Of a stretch of DNA of 62,152 nt, positions 58,801-62,152 are shown piece by piece (the stretch's first letter is position 1; each line of letters opens with the position of its first letter). Under the pieces are notes generated by a model. The model was not told the DNA's origin. It did no database searches and saw nothing but the letters and a program-made list of their open reading frames with translations. Source of the DNA: a candidate division WOR-3 bacterium (lineage in GTDB: Bacteria; Hydrothermota; Tepidihabitantia; Tepidihabitantales; Tepidihabitantaceae). The stretch lies in contig CBFGJV010000014.1 in assembly GCA_965649205.1 (NCBI GenBank), positions 1-62,152 of the forward strand, in the 5' to 3' direction. A program made the translations under genes and the position numbers.

Positions 58801-61800
58801 AACGCCGAGGTGAGCAGTACAGCGCCGCTTACGTTCTCGAAGATGACTCTGAACAAGACCGGCGGCACACTTACAGCCAACTGCGACCTGGTGGTGAACG
58901 ACACTCTGACCCTGACCGCCGGCACGTTGAACGACGGCGGCAATACGGTGACGGCCAAGGGCCACGTGGTCAATTCCGGTGTTCATTCAGGCACGGGCAA
59001 GCTACTGCTCTCCGGCGGTTCTGCCGAGCACGTCTTGTTGGGTACCGGGCCGTTCGGCAATCTGGAGTTGGACGACGCGCAGGGCGCCAGGTTCAATGAC
59101 GACCCGGCCACTGTTGCGGGCAGGCTTACGATTACGAATGGAACGTTCACACTTGGCCCGCGCACGCTGTCGCTGGGCACGCTTCTGACTCCGGGCAGTG
59201 TGGTGGTGAACGGCGGCAGGCTCTCGCTCATTGGTACTCCTACTGACGCGGTAGCCAAGGTGACTGCCATAGGCCCGCGTTACAGCTTCAAGGTGAATGG
59301 CGGGACAATCTCGGCCCGCGACGCCTGGTTTGAGCTGATGGATGCGGACGGCATCTACGTGGGGGGCGGAGCTACGGTTGACCCGGCCAACAACTTCTCT
59401 TCCTGCACCTTTGACCAGGGCAGTTCGTCCGGCCCGCTGCTGCGTATCGAGAACGAGCAGAACATAGAGATGACTAACACAAACTTCAACGGGACGAATA
59501 CCGAGCCGCCGTCTCCGCCGTGGAACATTCAGAAGACAGTGGCAACGGCCGGTGCGATAAGAGTTATTTCCGGCTCAGGCGGCCTGTGGGGCTCGGACTA
59601 TGAGAACGACCCCTACGGTCTGATTCGGTGGGGCAACACGTCGGATTTGGTGATTGACAAGGTGGCGGGCGTAGGCCCAGCCTCAAACTCAGTTACCGGC
59701 ACCTTGCAGTTTGCGGTTACCATCAGGAACATCGGCGACGTGGATTACCCGGCGGGAAGCAACATTACCCTGGGAGTCAGGGAAACCAGGCCGACCGCGT
59801 ATCCTCAGGCGACCACCGTGGTAACGCCCAGTTCCGACATACCCCGCGGGGGCAAGGCGACGTTCAACCTTTCTGCGTTCACGCCGCAGAATCCCCGGCC
59901 TGGGCCGATTGAGTTCACCTTCAACATCGTAGCGGCCGCAGCTCCGGAAGACCCAGTTACAAACAATCAGGCTACGGTTCTTGTTCACTTCTACCCGGCA
60001 ACGACCCAGCTTCTGGTGAACGAGAACTTCAGCGCGGGACGGGCCAACTGGGTATCGGGCGGCACCAGCCCGCAATGGGATACAACCAAACACTGGCTGT
60101 CTTATCCACAGCAGAATCCGTTGACGCCGCCGCCTCAGGCCGTGCAGTTCAGCGAGACGCACGTTGCTACGGAGAGCAAGTCAGGCGACTATTCACCCAG
60201 CGCCAATACCTGGCTGGAGTACGATGGCTCCTTTGACTTGTCCGGGCACGTGGACCCCTTCCTCGTGTTCAGCGAGAAGTATCAGACCGAGGCGGACGCA
60301 GACTACGCGGACATACTGGCAAGCACGACGGGCGGAAGCAGTTGGAGCCTGGTGAGAAGGGTATCAGGCACGAGCGCCAAATGGCCGCGCTGGGACACGA
60401 CCCGCATCAGCCTGGCGCAGTTTGCCGGGCAGTCAGACGTGCGGCTGAGGTTTGTGTTCAGTTCTGATGACGACGTGCAGTACGACGGCTGGTACATAGA
60501 CGACGTGATTGTGGGGACCAGCCCTGCGCCGAAGAACTTCAACCTGACCGCGCCTGACCCGGGCGCGACTGACCAGCCTGTAACAGGCATCGTGTTCACT
60601 TGGGAAGATGCGAATCCGACCGACGCGGTGAGCTATGAAGTGTGGCTGGGTGTGCCCGGCAATATGGTCAAGGTGAAGGACGGACTTACCAGCCCGACCT
60701 GGACTTATGACCTTACCCCTTTGGCTTACAGCACCACCTATGAGTGGAATGTGAAGGCGATACTGCCTGACGACGGTGAGAAGTGGGCCGCGAACGGGCC
60801 GCGCACCTTCACGACCATACCGGAGCAGGAGCCCAGAGACTTCTACCTGACCGCGCCGGTTGCGGGCGCTATCGGCCAGCCTGTGACTGGAGTTTCGTTC
60901 GAGTGGGAGAACGCGGAGCCGGCCGATGCGATTTCCTACGAGCTGTACCTGGTCAAGGCTCCGGAAGACCCACGGACCGCAGAAGACCCGGTGGCGACCG
61001 TTACAGAACCTCGCTGGGTGTATAACCTGGAACCTTTGGATTTCGGCACTGCCTATAACTGGGATGTGAAGGCTAGACTGGAAAACGATGCGGAGAAGTG
61101 GTCTGTGAACGGCCCACGCACTTTTACCACGGCTACCGAAGACGAAGTTCCGCGCGACTTCAATTTGACTGCGCCGGCGAATGGAGCGACTGACCAGCCG
61201 ATTACAGGAATTGAGTTTGTCTGGGAAGATGCGAACCCAGTAGATGCGGTGAGCTATGAGGTGTGGCTGGGTCTGCCTGGTAATCTGGTGAAAGTAAAGG
61301 AGGGTTTGACCGAGCCCAACTGGACGTATGACCTTGCTCCGCTCGCCTACGGTAGCACCTACCAGTGGAATGTGAGAGCGATATTGGCTAGCGGCAAATG
61401 GTCGGTAAACGGACCGTGGAGTTTCACGACTGCTCAGGGAGAGTTTCCTTCCTGGCCGCGGAAGTGGGAAGCGGTGAAGTCTATGCCGCAGGAGCCGACT
61501 ACTACCAAGGCGCCGAAGGCCGGAGCGTGGCTGGTCACAGGTCCGGACAATGCTGGCACTGGCAAAGTAATCTATGCGGCCAAGGGCAATAAGACAAGCG
61601 ACTTTTACAAGTACTATCCGGAGAAGGACAGTTGGGCGATACTTTCTCCGATACCGGATGTGGAGCCTGCGACAGGCAAGAGTAAGGCGGTGTCCAAGGG
61701 CAGCCGGGCAGTGACAGATGGAAAAGACTACCTGTATGTACTCAAGGGAAATGGCACGCAGGGGTTCTGGCGTTATCGGGTGGAAGATGGACAGTGGGAC

Positions 61801-62152
61801 ACTTTGACGCGGGCGCCGGTGAAGATAAAGGGCGGCAACGACATGGCGTATGTGAAGCGTGGTGGCAAGGAGTATTTGTATCTGTTGGCGGGCGGCAAGA
61901 CAGCGTTCTACCGGTTTGATGTGGAGCGTGGCGAATGGATGATGCTGGACAGCGCGCCATATGGTGGGAACAAGAGGAAATACGGAGCCGGTTCCTTCCT
62001 GGTGTATGACAGGGATCGTTACCTATATGCGCATCAGGCGAATGTGGTAGGTGACTCGTTCCACTACATGTTCCGGTATGACTTGCAGGGTGACAGCTGG
62101 CAGACGACTGCATTGCGCGGACTGCCGTTGTACGGGACGGAAGCCGGGAAGC
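55816..62152 (+). CDS. giant secreted adhesin-like protein (>2100 aa, partial): beta-helix stalk, CARDB, beta-sandwich, 3 FN3-like repeats, Kelch-like propeller
   Basis: SD AGGAGG then ATG 55816 MSRGSLRAVVVVVSILAAGAMM...W.DP.SW...VP...D.V.I..GH. The same frame at 62101 reads QTTALRGLPLYG. No stop-terminated ORF is listed in this frame, so it appears open to the window end. Confidence 0.88.
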   Translation, partial: MSRGSLRAVVVVVSILAAGAMMPVLGATINSNTTNGAWKDPNSWSPTQVPTSDDTVTILTGHNIIISDEDAEAGALYVVNATGSANISGLTIGAGRKLTVSRAVTVGQTTTSEPRGTALLRVGDGELQAASIALRCYSTSTSYAKCSLAVANGTITVSGGITFTSTQAFFNSSGNSTVYVGGNFGSGGTLTTSNTGTIVFNGTGTQNMGVYTTYNNVTINKSAGTASLLGATTMTGALTVSAGTFGVGVNALTVQGDFSVSGAVTGTGTITLTGANGTAIGGIGGTVACPVTVTTNARTVAASTDLTLSGTFTITGVTVTNNGTLRVTTALSGTGGLTQAASSFLYLGGTCGISTLTASADPNTVVYNSTTAAQTIKGTTYHHLTVNKSGQTGTLGAATTVNGNLTVSAGTLADGGYQITGGAYDAGALTVASGAGLTLGSGTNATTFPTNFAPVVLTGSTVTYASTAAQTVAGREYHNLTLSGASTKTADGNVTVNNTLTISAGTFSDNGFVITAKGTVTNTGAHASTGSGKLLLTGSSGPRTISGAGSLGNVELDDANGVTMGAAFAISGNLTITTGTFGNGTYALTIGGNLVNSATFNAGSGVITMNGSSKEITSAVPLTIPSLTVSGTVKNKIVLTVNTLAVSGTFTNENDLTVNGFGSGTGTLANAANATLRIAAASVTPALNASADPNEVIYTGSNPTIRAATYHNLTVQNGGSLAAATTVNRTLTITAGTLALGSYALTIGSSGNPTSLTHDKTITQGTGAMTVWGSYTNNGTHTQSSTGSLTVNGPYTNNGTHTQTSSGRVVVNSGLYTVSSTGKHTQSSTGGLNANGGFLIEEGGSLSANVSSTSSWGAGVPFVRLVVPAGQTFINRGSYTYTHAATGANHEVTLTLGTFTNYGTFTVENNSTEPTAIVTTTCPGLLTNYGKFNLKTGAAIHNVTFQADVQNKPTAEEFKASGACALTVNGNLSNEQPAPGPDFGTGMVTFAGDATNAEVSSTAPLTFSKMTLNKTGGTLTANCDLVVNDTLTLTAGTLNDGGNTVTAKGHVVNSGVHSGTGKLLLSGGSAEHVLLGTGPFGNLELDDAQGARFNDDPATVAGRLTITNGTFTLGPRTLSLGTLLTPGSVVVNGGRLSLIGTPTDAVAKVTAIGPRYSFKVNGGTISARDAWFELMDADGIYVGGGATVDPANNFSSCTFDQGSSSGPLLRIENEQNIEMTNTNFNGTNTEPPSPPWNIQKTVATAGAIRVISGSGGLWGSDYENDPYGLIRWGNTSDLVIDKVAGVGPASNSVTGTLQFAVTIRNIGDVDYPAGSNITLGVRETRPTAYPQATTVVTPSSDIPRGGKATFNLSAFTPQNPRPGPIEFTFNIVAAAAPEDPVTNNQATVLVHFYPATTQLLVNENFSAGRANWVSGGTSPQWDTTKHWLSYPQQNPLTPPPQAVQFSETHVATESKSGDYSPSANTWLEYDGSFDLSGHVDPFLVFSEKYQTEADADYADILASTTGGSSWSLVRRVSGTSAKWPRWDTTRISLAQFAGQSDVRLRFVFSSDDDVQYDGWYIDDVIVGTSPAPKNFNLTAPDPGATDQPVTGIVFTWEDANPTDAVSYEVWLGVPGNMVKVKDGLTSPTWTYDLTPLAYSTTYEWNVKAILPDDGEKWAANGPRTFTTIPEQEPRDFYLTAPVAGAIGQPVTGVSFEWENAEPADAISYELYLVKAPEDPRTAEDPVATVTEPRWVYNLEPLDFGTAYNWDVKARLENDAEKWSVNGPRTFTTATEDEVPRDFNLTAPANGATDQPITGIEFVWEDANPVDAVSYEVWLGLPGNLVKVKEGLTEPNWTYDLAPLAYGSTYQWNVRAILASGKWSVNGPWSFTTAQGEFPSWPRKWEAVKSMPQEPTTTKAPKAGAWLVTGPDNAGTGKVIYAAKGNKTSDFYKYYPEKDSWAILSPIPDVEPATGKSKAVSKGSRAVTDGKDYLYVLKGNGTQGFWRYRVEDGQWDTLTRAPVKIKGGNDMAYVKRGGKEYLYLLAGGKTAFYRFDVERGEWMMLDSAPYGGNKRKYGAGSFLVYDRDRYLYAHQANVVGDSFHYMFRYDLQGDSWQTTALRGLPLYGTEAGK
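60535..61435 (+). repeat. three tandem ~100-aa FN3-like repeats inside the giant ORF
   Basis: F.LTAP..GA..QP.TG..F.WE.A.P.DA.SYE...Y.W.V.A...NGP..FTT recurs near 60535, 60838 and 61157. Confidence 0.8.

Noticed and set aside
56454..60599. Numerous minus-strand ORFs opposite the giant gene
   Set aside because: Antisense shadows of a GC-rich, Thr/Gly-biased coding frame.

Overview
62 kb of chromosome from a diderm, probably anaerobic bacterium. Secreted proteins with FlgD-Ig/T9SS-like C-terminal domains and 'KGNKT' propeller repeats resemble candidate phylum WOR-3 (inference, not searched). Contents, left to right: a GNAT plus serine-palmitoyltransferase-like pair divergent from a three-gene CoA-activase/DUF2229 cluster and a PASTA-TonB_C fusion; the housekeeping run ispE-tRNA-Gln-prs-rplY-pth-ychF-rpsF-ssb; a serine hydrolase, a HhH-GPD glycosylase, PBP1A and a CCG Fe-S protein; tRNA-Sec; birA-coaX-tsaB; several secreted repeat proteins; a phoB-porin-pstSCAB-phoU-phoR operon; queH with a probable CTG start; two degenerate nuclease-like paralogs; a peptidase S55 with a beta-propeller partner; tandem GNAT paralogs; pepP-efp-accC without accB; and a TrmB regulator followed by two large beta-helix surface proteins, the last (>2100 aa) running off the window and missing from the ORF track. 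I saw no CRISPR array, rRNA or recognisable mobile element. The most striking unexplained signal is a non-coding array with strict 12-bp periodicity (T-N-A core) between a sigma-54-like promoter and tRNA-Sec, with a weaker 12-bp-period tract near 50.6-50.9 kb. Also notable are the candidate sphingolipid/ether-lipid locus, many leaderless promoters and an EF-P lacking the PGKG loop. Family calls rest on recalled motifs, not database searches.
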